Shown: one piece after another, positions 8,204 through 17,604 of the stretch | Position numbering within the stretch: the stretch's first letter is position 1 | Layout of the letters: the number at the start of each line of letters is the position of its first letter | Virus record (IMG/VR): IMGVR_UViG_3300033067_002286 | Location: 1 to 38,809 of that record | Length of the DNA stretch: 38,809 nucleotides | Reading direction: 5' to 3' (one strand) | Source: a virus | Taxonomy: Duplodnaviria > Caudoviricetes | Notes under the pieces: model-generated | Databases searched by the model: none | Told to the model about the DNA's origin: nothing | Seen by the model: only the letters and a program-made list of their open reading frames with translations | Position numbers and translations under genes: made by a program

Positions 8204-9544
8204 ATGATACCTCGTTACACTCGACCTGAGATGTCCGCGCTGTGGACCGATGAACGGCGCTATAACTTGTGGCTTGAAATCGAGTTGGCAGCGCATGAAG
8301 CGCTGGAGGCAACACCCAATAGCCCGATACCACAAGGCGCAACGGCGAAGCTGCGCGAGTCTGTTACCGAATCACAAAAGGTCTATGACTGCTTGTGCCA
8401 TGGCGCAAAGTCCCGCATCGACATGTACGAGCGTGAGACTCAACACGAGTTCGTTGCTTTTCTTCGAACTTGCGAAGAACGATACGTATGCCCGTTTCTG
8501 CACTATGGGCTTACATCCTCTGACGTACAAGACACGGCGTTTTCCTTACTGCTCCGTGACGCTACTGCTTTAATCCTTACTGGTGTACGGGTCGAGTTAT
8601 TCCCTGCGCTCCGAGCGCAAGCGGAAGCCCATCGAAATACTGTATGCATCGGCCGTACGCATGGACAGCATGCAGAGCCTACAAGTCTTGGGCTGTTGTT
8701 TCTCGGCGCGTATGAAGAGATCAAACGCGCACAGGTTCGAGTCTGGGACGCATTCAACCAACTCACCGGTAAACTGTCTGGTGCAGTCGGCGTTTACGGT
8801 GCTGGATTTCCACCAGAGACCGAAGCAGCAGCCTTAAAAGCGCTTGGACTCAAGCCAGAGTTGGTCGGAACTCAGATAGTCCCGCGTGACAGGCATGCAG
8901 CACTATTTCAAGCGCTCGCGCTGCTAGCAGCAGCTATCGAGCGGTTGTGTCTGAATATTCGGCACCTGTCGCGCAGTGAAGTAGGCGAGCTGGCCGAGGG
9001 CTTTGCGGAGGGCCAAAAAGGAAGTTCAGCAATGCCCCATAAGCGCAATCCCATCAGCGCAGAAAACTTGTGTGGCTTAGCGCGGCTTGTGCGCGGATAC
9101 GCGGATACTTCGCTGGAGAACGTCGCGCTGTGGCATGAACGTGATATTAGTCATAGCTCGGTTGAACGCGTGATAGCACCGGACATTACAGCGCTATGCG
9201 ATTATATGGTTCATCGTTGCGCAAAGCTTGTACGCGGTTTGATAGTGAATGTCGAGCGGTGCAAGCATAACCTAGAGATGGGCGATTGGCGCTGGGCCTC
9301 AGAGCGCGTCATGCTTGCACTTGTTCGTAGTGGTCTAACTCGAAGCGTAGCGCATGAGCTGGTGCAACGAACTACGGAGTTGCGCGGGTTTACATTTAAA
9401 CGACATTGTGTGTACGGAGAGATCTACGACCGACTAGGCGACCACTTGCTGAAATGCTTTGACCTCACCGATGTGTTGCGCCACATTCCAGCTATTTATG
9501 AGCGCGTATTCGGCTGCGCGATTGAGAATTCCGCTACGCAGTAA
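8204..9544 (+). CDS. purB: adenylosuccinate lyase
   Basis: MIPRY, HYGLTSSD, GRTHG, GSSAMPHKRNP (fumarate-lyase signature) and WHERDISHSSVER. Confidence 0.96.
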   Translation: MIPRYTRPEMSALWTDERRYNLWLEIELAAHEALEATPNSPIPQGATAKLRESVTESQKVYDCLCHGAKSRIDMYERETQHEFVAFLRTCEERYVCPFLHYGLTSSDVQDTAFSLLLRDATALILTGVRVELFPALRAQAEAHRNTVCIGRTHGQHAEPTSLGLLFLGAYEEIKRAQVRVWDAFNQLTGKLSGAVGVYGAGFPPETEAAALKALGLKPELVGTQIVPRDRHAALFQALALLAAAIERLCLNIRHLSRSEVGELAEGFAEGQKGSSAMPHKRNPISAENLCGLARLVRGYADTSLENVALWHERDISHSSVERVIAPDITALCDYMVHRCAKLVRGLIVNVERCKHNLEMGDWRWASERVMLALVRSGLTRSVAHELVQRTTELRGFTFKRHCVYGEIYDRLGDHLLKCFDLTDVLRHIPAIYERVFGCAIENSATQ

Positions 9545-9654
9545 CCGCGAATTCGATTACTCAATCAAGCTGGCACGGCGCTTGAAAATCCTACCTAGGC
9601 GTAAACTCGAAGCCACAAATAATGATGGCACGCTGATTGCGATGGCTTTCAGGT

Positions 9655-10074
9655 ATGACCCAATCGATCGTCAAAAAGTTCGCACTCGTTAACTCGGCTG
9701 GCCTGTTTATGGGCGGCACTCCTACCTATCCGGTATGGGGCAATATTGAAAACGCTGGCCTGTACCACAAATACGTAGGCGCTAAAGCTGCACTTCGAAT
9801 GCTTAACAGCGATCACAAGGCTACTATTCAGGAGCTCACGGTCGAGTACACTTGTGAAACTATAGAAAGCGGCACAGCGCCTATTCCCGATACCGCTGCT
9901 CAACAGATGTCTGTCATGTGTAAACGTGCGTATGCTGCGGAGGACAAATTAGCTAAGCTACAAGCCGAACTAGCCGCAGCTGTTGCCAGAGCTAATGCTG
10001 CCGAGGCAAAACTCGCTTCGATGTGCATTTCCGCCCCTGGCAATGAGCGTTTCCAGCTGCTAGAGCTTGACTAA
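9655..10074 (+). CDS. hypothetical protein with coiled coil and C-terminal RFQLLELD
   Basis: ORF with AGGT just upstream; heptad region EDKLAKLQAELAAA. Confidence 0.55.
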   Translation: MTQSIVKKFALVNSAGLFMGGTPTYPVWGNIENAGLYHKYVGAKAALRMLNSDHKATIQELTVEYTCETIESGTAPIPDTAAQQMSVMCKRAYAAEDKLAKLQAELAAAVARANAAEAKLASMCISAPGNERFQLLELD

Positions 10075-10582
10075 CCGCCGTCTGTTGAGTAGCTCGCCAC
10101 ACTTCAACGCCGAACTCGCCTAGTGTCTGCTCGATAAGCCTGTCAATAAGCTCTGCACCGCGGCGCGATTCCCAGCGCCCGCGCGTATTATAGCTTCCAC
10201 CGCGCTTAAGCAAGATGAACACAGCGCGGTGTCCATCAGCGCGCAATTGTTTGTAATAGCCCCACACTGCCTGATACACAGCGTCACGCGTTGCTTGTGG
10301 CGCATACAGGTCTACGAAGGGAACGCTCACAAGTACCGGCCTATCGGTGACAATGTAGCGTACTTTGCCAAGCAGCAGACTCTCTTCTTTTATTTGTTTG
10401 CCACAGATGTACTGCTCATCATACGCAGACACTGCGCGGCCTTCATGTGCCCAATGTTTTATGCATTCTCTGGCCATCTCTGCCGATTCGCCGCGGCACA
10501 TAAGCTCCGCCGTTGTCCGCAGCGCCGCTACGGTTTTGCCTGTATGCGGGCCACCAATGAATCCAATAATAGTGCTCTTCAT
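9992..10582 (-). CDS. P-loop NTPase/nucleotide kinase (AAA_28, NadR-kinase-like)
   Basis: GGPHTGKT Walker A; E.IK, IVTDRP and Y...GR.E motifs. Confidence 0.75.
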   Translation of the reverse strand: MKSTIIGFIGGPHTGKTVAALRTTAELMCRGESAEMARECIKHWAHEGRAVSAYDEQYICGKQIKEESLLLGKVRYIVTDRPVLVSVPFVDLYAPQATRDAVYQAVWGYYKQLRADGHRAVFILLKRGGSYNTRGRWESRRGAELIDRLIEQTLGEFGVEVWRATQQTAVSQALAAGNAHCQGRKCTSKRVLPRQH

Positions 10583-10758
10583 TTGGCAGTCCAGTATCGT
10601 ACAACTTCAGCTTGTGCCTGAGCTTTTCTAACAACATCAGCTTTCACTAACTCACCTTTTCGCCGTGCTCTGTACCAGTCTAAGTCAAGTAACTTTCCCA
10701 TATTTCGATTTCATAACACCGTCGAGCGCAGCGCAAGCGCCGATCGCTCAGATCGCAC

Positions 10759-10787
10759 TTGACAAGTGTTTCGATCGGTGCTATACT
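10759..10787 (+). promoter_or_regulatory. strong sigma70-type promoter, leaderless
   Basis: TTGACA-17-TATACT with TGn, 6 nt before ATG 10794. Confidence 0.8.
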
Positions 10788-10793
10788 GGTCCT

Positions 10794-11198
10794 ATGACCT
10801 CGTGGCTGCACCTTCAAACCAATGCTCCGGACTTCTCAACGCCGATCACCTCATATGGCTGGCCTACAGCCGTCAGAGCGCCGGATCTCACCGAGCGACA
10901 GCGCGAGTATCTAGACGAGCTTGAAATTGAGGTTGAGTTCGGCCACAACTACGGCACTATTGGAAACTCGAAGTGCTATACTGCGCACCTGCGATTCACG
11001 GACTTGCTCCCCACACAGGCGCATATTGATCCAGTATCGCTGGCGCGCCTCGATGAAGCAGAGGACTTGCCGTACATTATCGTGCTGTTGTCGAATGGGA
11101 ACCACTACATCCATGACGGTCATCATCGAGCTACGCGCGCCATGTTGCGCAACGAGTTGATTGATGCCGTAGTTGTCAACCTGGAGATGATACGATGA
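10794..11198 (+). CDS. ParB/sulfiredoxin-like N-terminal domain protein
   Basis: LLPTQ...P.IIV...G.HYIHDGHHR motif; start set by the leaderless promoter. Confidence 0.7.
   Translation: MTSWLHLQTNAPDFSTPITSYGWPTAVRAPDLTERQREYLDELEIEVEFGHNYGTIGNSKCYTAHLRFTDLLPTQAHIDPVSLARLDEAEDLPYIIVLLSNGNHYIHDGHHRATRAMLRNELIDAVVVNLEMIR
10994..11192 (+). repeat. 199-bp perfect direct repeat, copy 1
   Basis: ATTCACGGACTTGCTCCCC...CTGGAGATGATA, identical by eye to 12101-12299. Confidence 0.95.
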
Positions 11199-11434
11199 GC
11201 ATCGTATGGAAAAAGACACCGGCTGGTTTCACCGCACGCATCGCTACCGGACTGCACGACGATGCCGAGCGTATTGCGTCTGTATGGCGCACTAAGCGTG
11301 AGTCTAGGTGGCGCTGGACAGTGCGTGACGGTCACAACGCGATTCTTAGCAAGGGTACTACGGCGTCTGCAGCTGCTGCCAAAATGGAATCGGTGCGACC
11401 TTACAATAAGACTCTAGCTAGAAGGAGCAAGTAA
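11195..11434 (+). CDS. hypothetical protein
   Basis: ATGA overlap; GGAG RBS; 79 aa basic. Confidence 0.6.
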   Translation: MSIVWKKTPAGFTARIATGLHDDAERIASVWRTKRESRWRWTVRDGHNAILSKGTTASAAAAKMESVRPYNKTLARRSK

Positions 11435-11435
11435 G

Positions 11436-11792
11436 ATGAACACGATCGACCTGGACACCCTCATCGGCCCAACCTGGGCCTTTTACGGAGTAGACAACAA
11501 TTTCTTTAAGATCGACGGTTTAGTCCTCGAAGCGATGGAAGACCCCGATGACGGATACCGATCGGCATTGGCAGAAGTTCGCATTGCGAAAGACACCGAC
11601 GATTACAAGCCCACGTTTTTCACTCAGCCCGTAGCACAGGTCAAGATCAGAGAGATTGAGAACCCCGAGCGCTATGGCTGGGAGCTGGTAGACGAGGCAG
11701 AGCATATTTGGCTCCAGATTGGCACCGACTATAACGATCACTACTACCCTTCTTTTATTTTTAGCTATTTACCCAAAAACGCGGCGGGCTGA
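11436..11792 (+). CDS. hypothetical phage protein
   Basis: AAGGAG RBS; EDPDDGYRS and IGTDYNDHYYP motifs look family-conserved. Confidence 0.7.
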   Translation: MNTIDLDTLIGPTWAFYGVDNNFFKIDGLVLEAMEDPDDGYRSALAEVRIAKDTDDYKPTFFTQPVAQVKIREIENPERYGWELVDEAEHIWLQIGTDYNDHYYPSFIFSYLPKNAAG

Positions 11793-11794
11793 CC

Positions 11795-12136
11795 GTGGCC
11801 GTCGAAGTCCGAGACGTGGCGCTTGCGCACTACTCCGCCTCGTCGGTGCTCGTGCGCTTCCCGAACGGCGAGAAGGTCTGGCTGCCGCTGAGCCAGGTCA
11901 ACCAAGTCCCCGAGGCGTGGAGCATCCCGGACAGCCTAGTGTCCCGCCGCGGCAAGCACCTCCTGATCACCGACTGGATCGCCAAGCAGAAGGGCTTCAA
12001 GGTCACGCCGCGCGAGCTGGACATCGATCCGGAACGCGCGGCGGAGAAGCCAGCCGCGCCGGCGCAGACCGCTAGGGCTGAGACGGCCGACGCGTCTGCA
12101 ATTCACGGACTTGCTCCCCACACAGGCGCATATTGA
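11795..12136 (+). CDS. hypothetical protein (small beta-barrel-like; 3' end runs into repeat copy 2)
   Basis: SVLVRF..GEKVWLPLSQV...ITDWIAKQKG; markedly G/C-ending codons. Confidence 0.65.
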   Translation: MAVEVRDVALAHYSASSVLVRFPNGEKVWLPLSQVNQVPEAWSIPDSLVSRRGKHLLITDWIAKQKGFKVTPRELDIDPERAAEKPAAPAQTARAETADASAIHGLAPHTGAY

Positions 12137-12299
12137 TCCAGTATCGCTGGCGCGCCTCGATGAAGCAGAGGACTTGCCGTACATTATCGTGCTGTTGTCG
12201 AATGGGAACCACTACATCCATGACGGTCATCATCGAGCTACGCGCGCCATGTTGCGCAACGAGTTGATTGATGCCGTAGTTGTCAACCTGGAGATGATA
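12101..12299 (+). repeat. 199-bp perfect direct repeat, copy 2
   Basis: Identical to 10994-11192, offset 1107 bp. Confidence 0.95.
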
Positions 12300-12305
12300 A
12301 AGTGA
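12101..12305 (+). pseudogene. duplicated 3' half of the ParB-like gene
   Basis: Same protein sequence as the C-terminal 64 aa of 10794-11198; only a TTG start and no clear RBS. Confidence 0.55.
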
Positions 12306-12817
12306 AAAAACTTACCGTAGCTGACTATCGTAGACAGGTAGCCCAACTCAAGAACGATGTCGCCGCCCTGCGCAGCGATCTGAAGCTTGCGCTCGATCGC
12401 GAGCGCTCGAAGGATGCGCAGGCGTCGCACGACTTCTCACAGGCGCTCATGGCGCTCAATCAGCTCTTGACGGCGCTGCATCCAGGGCCTTGGAGTCCCG
12501 GCGTTGTGTTGTCGTACCTTGAGCCCGAGCAGAGAGATTACCGAGCTTGCTCGGTATGCGTTGAGACGCCGCGGGGAATTAGTCCGCTCCCGATGGGCTA
12601 CCTCAGCGTCTGCAGCTGCATGCGCGAGAGCCCGCGCTGGTATATTTCGCTTACCAAGTTCGTGGCCAATAACACAGCAATACCGACACGCGTTATCCTT
12701 TTCAAAGGCCGCTTCGAGACACCGCGCGCTGCTGTGAAGGCTGCGGCGGAGTTCCTGCTGCCCAAGAACCACAGCGCGCTAGTTGAGCAGCTTCGAAAGG
12801 CAGCGGAAAAGCTATGA
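12302..12817 (+). CDS. hypothetical protein, N-terminal coiled coil and CxxC..CxC
   Basis: GTG start with GGAG RBS supplied by the repeat end. Confidence 0.65.
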   Translation: MKKLTVADYRRQVAQLKNDVAALRSDLKLALDRERSKDAQASHDFSQALMALNQLLTALHPGPWSPGVVLSYLEPEQRDYRACSVCVETPRGISPLPMGYLSVCSCMRESPRWYISLTKFVANNTAIPTRVILFKGRFETPRAAVKAAAEFLLPKNHSALVEQLRKAAEKL

Positions 12818-13236
12818 AAGCCCACGAGTACTACAGCCGCGCGATGCTGCTTGCAGCCGATCGCACAATGTCAGTTCGCTGCCGTTCCATGGCTGAGCTC
12901 AGCGCCGGTTGGACTGTGGACGTGTCGCCACTTCCAGCGCATCGCTGCATTTCCGAACGCTTGACGCAGCCTGAAGGGAAGCAAGTCAATCAGTCGATGG
13001 CGCTGTTGCTCGGCAAGGTGCCAGTTATCATTGCTGGCACCTCGATAGTGCTTGACACGATGCCGAGCAACACGCCGGATGTGTTGACTGTCGAACACGC
13101 GCGCCTGTGGCAGTACATGAGCAGTCGGTTGATTTCACAGCCCGCTGGACTGCTTCAGTTTCAAATGGAGCTCGCGATATTGCTCGAAGAGCTTGCGTCG
13201 CCGTCCAAGCCACGCCTGCAACTGGTGCCAGCATGA
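12814..13236 (+). CDS. hypothetical protein
   Basis: ATGA overlaps at both ends. Confidence 0.6.
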   Translation: MKAHEYYSRAMLLAADRTMSVRCRSMAELSAGWTVDVSPLPAHRCISERLTQPEGKQVNQSMALLLGKVPVIIAGTSIVLDTMPSNTPDVLTVEHARLWQYMSSRLISQPAGLLQFQMELAILLEELASPSKPRLQLVPA

Positions 13237-13766
13237 GAGCCAAACAGCTAATCGACGCGCTGCGTAGCCAGCTTACGCAGGAACTGCAAGCGAAAACCGG
13301 TTGGGGTTGCAATGAGGTGCTGCAAGCATTCGAGCGCGCAGCTGTAACGGCGCTGGGAGAGCTGGTCGAACTGCCAAAGCCGCTGGCCGGCGCGCCGCCT
13401 GATCACAAGTTGTGCTACGTCGAGGGCTACTGCGCTTACTTTACCAACAAGCCTCTCGCAGAACAATGGGGCGACGATTGGAATGATGCGCCGTACGAGC
13501 ACAATGCTGGCACACCGTATGAAGATGTCCCTGGACAGATTTTCAAAGTCCAGTTCATCTGCGACACTTTAGTCACTCCTGACTACGAACAAAGCAATAC
13601 CCCGTGGTCTGTTGAGCAGATCAATGCAGGCGCGATGCCGTGGCTACGTCCTAACCCTTGGCAGAAAGAATGCCAAGTGTTCATCCAAGCGGGCTGTTCT
13701 GTTGAAGAGTTTGTAGCGGCCATTCGCAAAGCCGGCGGCGAAGTTTTCTACAAGCCGTATGGCTGA
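13233..13766 (+). CDS. conserved phage hypothetical protein (WGDDWNDAPYEHNAG motif)
   Basis: KLCYV...AYFT....QWGDDWNDAPYEHNAG; ATGA overlap start. Confidence 0.7.
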   Translation: MRAKQLIDALRSQLTQELQAKTGWGCNEVLQAFERAAVTALGELVELPKPLAGAPPDHKLCYVEGYCAYFTNKPLAEQWGDDWNDAPYEHNAGTPYEDVPGQIFKVQFICDTLVTPDYEQSNTPWSVEQINAGAMPWLRPNPWQKECQVFIQAGCSVEEFVAAIRKAGGEVFYKPYG

Positions 13767-15426
13767 ACGCGCCTACCAGCAACGCTTCCTTGAACAACAC
13801 GCCGCGGCAACACTCGCCGGCCACAAATCGGTCATGCTGGTGTTGCCAGTCGGCGCTGGGAAGACTTATACCGCGCGCCTTGTCGTTGAGCGCATCGCGC
13901 CGAAAAGGCGTCATGATATCTGGGTGCTTGAACACCGCAATGAGCTTGGATTCCAGTTCGCGGAAGCGTTCACCGGTTTGGACGCCGTACTATTGCAAGC
14001 TGGCCAAAAGAACCCTCCACCAACGCAAATACGCATTGCTGGGCGCGATACGCTAGCACGGCGCGACATTGTGCCACTGTACGATTGCTGCTTGCTTATC
14101 ATCGACGAGGCGCACATCGGCGTATGCGCCAGTTATCAGAAACTCATTGCGCGCTTCAAAGCAGTCTATCGCGTCGTCTATGTACTGCTTCTCACCGCAA
14201 CGCCATATCGTCTTGATGGAAAAGAACTCGGCGAAGTAGCTGATACGCTCATCGAGCCTGTCACGCCAGAGCAGCTCTTCGATGCCGGCATTATCTGGGA
14301 ACCGCAAGTTATTGGCGCAGCTACGCCCGAGCTCGGCGGAGTGCCGATGCTTGGCGGTGAATATGATAGTGGCGTGCTTGCCGAGCGATCGAAAAAACTC
14401 ATCGGCGATGTTGTTAAAGAAGCCGAGAAGTGGACAGAAGGTTATCCTTTTGTCGTCCGCTGCACAACAATAGAGCATTCGCGCAGTGTTGCTGAACGCC
14501 TTTGCGCCGCCAGCTTCCGCGCGCGGCACCTAGACGGCACAACATTGTTGGCGGAACGTAATGAGCTGCTCGCGCGACTATCTATTGGGGGCAAGCTCGG
14601 ACACAGCACCGGTATCGATTGTATCTGCGTTTCCAAAGGCGGTCTCCTCGCGGAAGGTTGGAATCCCGAGAGCGATTACAAGAGACTACTACTACTACCA
14701 GAACTGTGGGCAACACCAGAGCAGTTAGCGTCTGTAGGCGTGCAGCCGAATGCTGAAGCGCTAGCGCTTGCACTCATCCAATCAGGCGTATTGCCACCGC
14801 GTTATATGCCGGTATCAGTACTATCTGACTGCGCGCCAACAATGAGCAAGTGCTTGTACCGGCAGTTCGAAGGCCGCGTGTGTCGGCCGTGCGGCGATAG
14901 TATTCGTGTACAGCTTTGCAGCGTTTGGCTTGTGTTCGTGGCGTTGCGGAAGACTTTTGCACGTATTATCTCGCATAGTGGCAACTGGCAAAGACACGGC
15001 TTTCTGCGCAATCATTTTGGATTCTCGCTGCACAAACCGAAAGGAAAACAGCGCCCGGGCATGACACCGCTCGAAGGTGCGCGTTATTGCTCGGTGTGCT
15101 TATCCATTTGGCCATCTGGCCGCAGCGTGTGCTCATGCGGAGCGGCGTTAAGTATTCCAAAACCGCCACCGGAGGACACAAAAGAAGAGCTCAAGATCGT
15201 GCCGCTCGGAGCTCAGCCGCAAGCGTCCAAGCGTCAAGTCGTTGAGTACCTCAAGAATTTGTGGCTGTGGTGGGCGAAGGAAAACGAAAAGCGACGTGCG
15301 CTCGGTAAAGAGCCGGCCAAAGAAGCACAAGTACGTAGTGTGTATCGTAGTCGTTCTGGCCGCTGGCCGACGAATGAGGACCTAGAGGAAGCGCGCCGTT
15401 TGGCGTTCCCGCCTAAAGATGATTAG
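13759..15426 (+). CDS. superfamily 2 DEAH helicase with C-terminal Zn ribbon
   Basis: LPVGAGKT, IIDEAH, LTATPYRLDG, EGWN, QFEGRVCRP and CSVC..CSCG. Confidence 0.9.
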   Translation: MAERAYQQRFLEQHAAATLAGHKSVMLVLPVGAGKTYTARLVVERIAPKRRHDIWVLEHRNELGFQFAEAFTGLDAVLLQAGQKNPPPTQIRIAGRDTLARRDIVPLYDCCLLIIDEAHIGVCASYQKLIARFKAVYRVVYVLLLTATPYRLDGKELGEVADTLIEPVTPEQLFDAGIIWEPQVIGAATPELGGVPMLGGEYDSGVLAERSKKLIGDVVKEAEKWTEGYPFVVRCTTIEHSRSVAERLCAASFRARHLDGTTLLAERNELLARLSIGGKLGHSTGIDCICVSKGGLLAEGWNPESDYKRLLLLPELWATPEQLASVGVQPNAEALALALIQSGVLPPRYMPVSVLSDCAPTMSKCLYRQFEGRVCRPCGDSIRVQLCSVWLVFVALRKTFARIISHSGNWQRHGFLRNHFGFSLHKPKGKQRPGMTPLEGARYCSVCLSIWPSGRSVCSCGAALSIPKPPPEDTKEELKIVPLGAQPQASKRQVVEYLKNLWLWWAKENEKRRALGKEPAKEAQVRSVYRSRSGRWPTNEDLEEARRLAFPPKDD

Positions 15427-15982
15427 AGCAGAGCCCACCAATATAATGACCACCAGCGCAAGCATAGTCAAGGTCTGCTGAGGTAGGGTGTTCAACCAGC
15501 TCGCAGGTGCGGACCGCCCCCATGATGCGCATTTCATTACCCAGCGACGCGCAGCTCCAGTGCCACGATTGACCCCCTAAATGTAGAGTTTCGTGCATCG
15601 CCGTGATTTTCGCTCCGAGTGCAGCGACAGACGGTGGATTGAAAGCCGCTGAGAGGACAGCGGGGGTGTGGCAGACATGGATGCCTTCTTCGTCGGCAAA
15701 ACCAAGGATGTTGCCCCCCAAATCGCATTGCCCTACACCAGGCGGAGTATCCCAGATGTGCAGCTTTTGCGCTCCAATAGGTGCAAAGTTGGTCTCCGGT
15801 CCTGCGCCCTTAGCCACAATTCCGCCGAGCGCCGTAATAACTTCCTCCACCCCGCCGACAGCGTCGGAAGCATTGGGCAAGTTCCAGGCGGTCGAGACAT
15901 ATATCGGTCGGTCCAGATGCCACACAGGCCGAGCGTCGCAAGCAAAGAGAAAGATCGAAAGAGCCAGCAACATGTGGGTCAT
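15413..15982 (-). CDS. lipoprotein with zinc metallopeptidase (metzincin-like) motif
   Basis: Lipobox LFAC; HETLHLGGQSWH followed by RIMG (Met-turn-like). Confidence 0.6.
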   Translation of the reverse strand: MTHMLLALSIFLFACDARPVWHLDRPIYVSTAWNLPNASDAVGGVEEVITALGGIVAKGAGPETNFAPIGAQKLHIWDTPPGVGQCDLGGNILGFADEEGIHVCHTPAVLSAAFNPPSVAALGAKITAMHETLHLGGQSWHWSCASLGNEMRIMGAVRTCELVEHPTSADLDYACAGGHYIGGLCSNHL

Positions 15983-17214
15983 GAGTATCGTACCTTTATT
16001 TTAATGCCGCCGCGATAGCCCACACCGGCATTAGTTCCTACAGCAGAAACGGAAATCCAATCACCAGCGCTGAATGTCCCCGTGTGGGTAAGATCGGACC
16101 CTGAGCTAGTGCCGGCTGCAAGTGTACACTGAACCGCGGAGCCTGTCAAATCACTCCATGTCGTACCTTCATTCGTCGAGCGCTGAACTTTCACCGTGAT
16201 CGTATCGCCAGCAGTCACCGTGCTCAAAAAAGTAGCGAATCCGCCACCGTCGAGATTGACTTGCAGCCCAAAGATCGAACCAGCGGCTGCAGCACAGAAG
16301 CTGGGAAGAGTTTGTGCAGCTGATGCCTGTGATACAGAGTGAGCGGTAGGATAGCAGGTCACCGTAGTTGTGGCTACGGCGTTGTTACCCATCTCCAGGA
16401 AGAACTCTTTTTCAATGGGTATATTCCCAAACTGCAGCACGCCTGAGCTATCGACGTATACCCCTTGGCCGTAGGTCAGGCCCGTCGCGACGCTCTGGCC
16501 GAAGCCACCCTGTGCCTTCGACACCGTGCCTGTGAGAGCAGATGCCGCGAGACTCGGAGTCCCGCCGAGCGTATACGTCCCGGTAAGCGTGCCGGTTAGC
16601 GCTGTAATAGCTGCTGCTGGAACATTGCCAAAGCTCGGCGCACTACCACCGATAAGTACCTGACTGGTTGTGCCAGCGGCAAGCGCGTTGTACGCCGCAC
16701 CCGTATCATATAGCATTTTCCCAGCGCCGCTAGGAGCCGGTGCAAGCCGTGTATCGTTGCCTTGAGTCGCAGTTCCGGACGTTGTGCCATAAGAAACACT
16801 CAGTGATGTACTGCCACCGAGCGCAACACTTCCACCGCCTGACAGTCCCGTGCCAGCAGTGACAATTAGCGTGTCAGTGACTGTTGTGTAAGTCGCTGCG
16901 CCGGTGCGCTTCAAAAGCCCGGTGCCGAATGTAAGCGCCGATGCGCCAAATCCGCCGTTGGCTTCGCCTACAGTACCAGTTAGCGACACAATAGGCGCGA
17001 TTCCCGGCGAAACGCTGATAGGCGCAACGCCGGAGACACTGACGATAGCGCCGCCAGCTGGCACAATAGGCACGGGATGCAACTTGCCATCGGCAATGGC
17101 GAAGACTAACGCGTAGCCGTCTGCCCAGGGCTCATTAGCTATCTGCGCCGCAGTGGCCGCGACAAGCGCGTTTGCAGACTGTGGGCCTTCAATTTCAAAC
17201 TCGTCAGCAGCCAT
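15979..17214 (-). CDS. tail fibre-like protein
   Basis: Gly/Thr/Ala-rich fibre repeats (AGTGLSGGG, GNDTRL, GGFG) and a C-terminal beta-sandwich domain; AGGAG RBS. Confidence 0.7.
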   Translation of the reverse strand: MAADEFEIEGPQSANALVAATAAQIANEPWADGYALVFAIADGKLHPVPIVPAGGAIVSVSGVAPISVSPGIAPIVSLTGTVGEANGGFGASALTFGTGLLKRTGAATYTTVTDTLIVTAGTGLSGGGSVALGGSTSLSVSYGTTSGTATQGNDTRLAPAPSGAGKMLYDTGAAYNALAAGTTSQVLIGGSAPSFGNVPAAAITALTGTLTGTYTLGGTPSLAASALTGTVSKAQGGFGQSVATGLTYGQGVYVDSSGVLQFGNIPIEKEFFLEMGNNAVATTTVTCYPTAHSVSQASAAQTLPSFCAAAAGSIFGLQVNLDGGGFATFLSTVTAGDTITVKVQRSTNEGTTWSDLTGSAVQCTLAAGTSSGSDLTHTGTFSAGDWISVSAVGTNAGVGYRGGIKIKVRYS

Positions 17215-17223
17215 AGTCCGCTC

Positions 17224-17571
17224 CTACTGAAAAATGCTCTCGGAGATATCGCAGGTATCAACAGTTCCGCCGCCAGTAGCAAGCAATGCCCAATGCCGCG
17301 GTTCGGCCGCGCGCAAAAAGCGCCCCGTGGCGACAGCCTGACCAGCAAAATTGGCTGTTAGGTTCTTCGGCGGAATAGTGTTATCACCGCTCACAGGCCA
17401 CCACACGCCATCCGCCCAGAAATACGGCGTTACGGTCACAGTACCAGCGGACACCTTGAGCTGAACATTCAGGCCGTTCGTTCCAGCAAGAAACTGATAC
17501 CCCGGTGGATCGGTACTCGGAACACTATCCGGTCCACCGGAAGGAAGAGAGGCAAGCGGAGTTATGCGCAT
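17224..17571 (-). CDS. probable virion protein
   Basis: 115 aa beta-rich, upstream of the fibre gene; preceded by GACCATC-N6-ATG on the minus strand. Confidence 0.55.
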   Translation of the reverse strand: MRITPLASLPSGGPDSVPSTDPPGYQFLAGTNGLNVQLKVSAGTVTVTPYFWADGVWWPVSGDNTIPPKNLTANFAGQAVATGRFLRAAEPRHWALLATGGGTVDTCDISESIFQ

Positions 17572-17589
17572 ACCGCCGATGGTCTACTG

Positions 17590-17604
17590 TGTTATGATGA
17601 GCTT
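17590..17604 (+). promoter_or_regulatory. extended -10 leaderless promoter
   Basis: TGT-TATGAT then 6 nt then ATG 17605. Confidence 0.6.

Noticed and set aside
10994-12299. Repeat as CRISPR array, IS ends, att sites or DGR TR/VR pair
   Set aside because: Only two long identical copies in coding sequence; no spacers, transposase, integrase, reverse transcriptase or adenine-specific mismatches.
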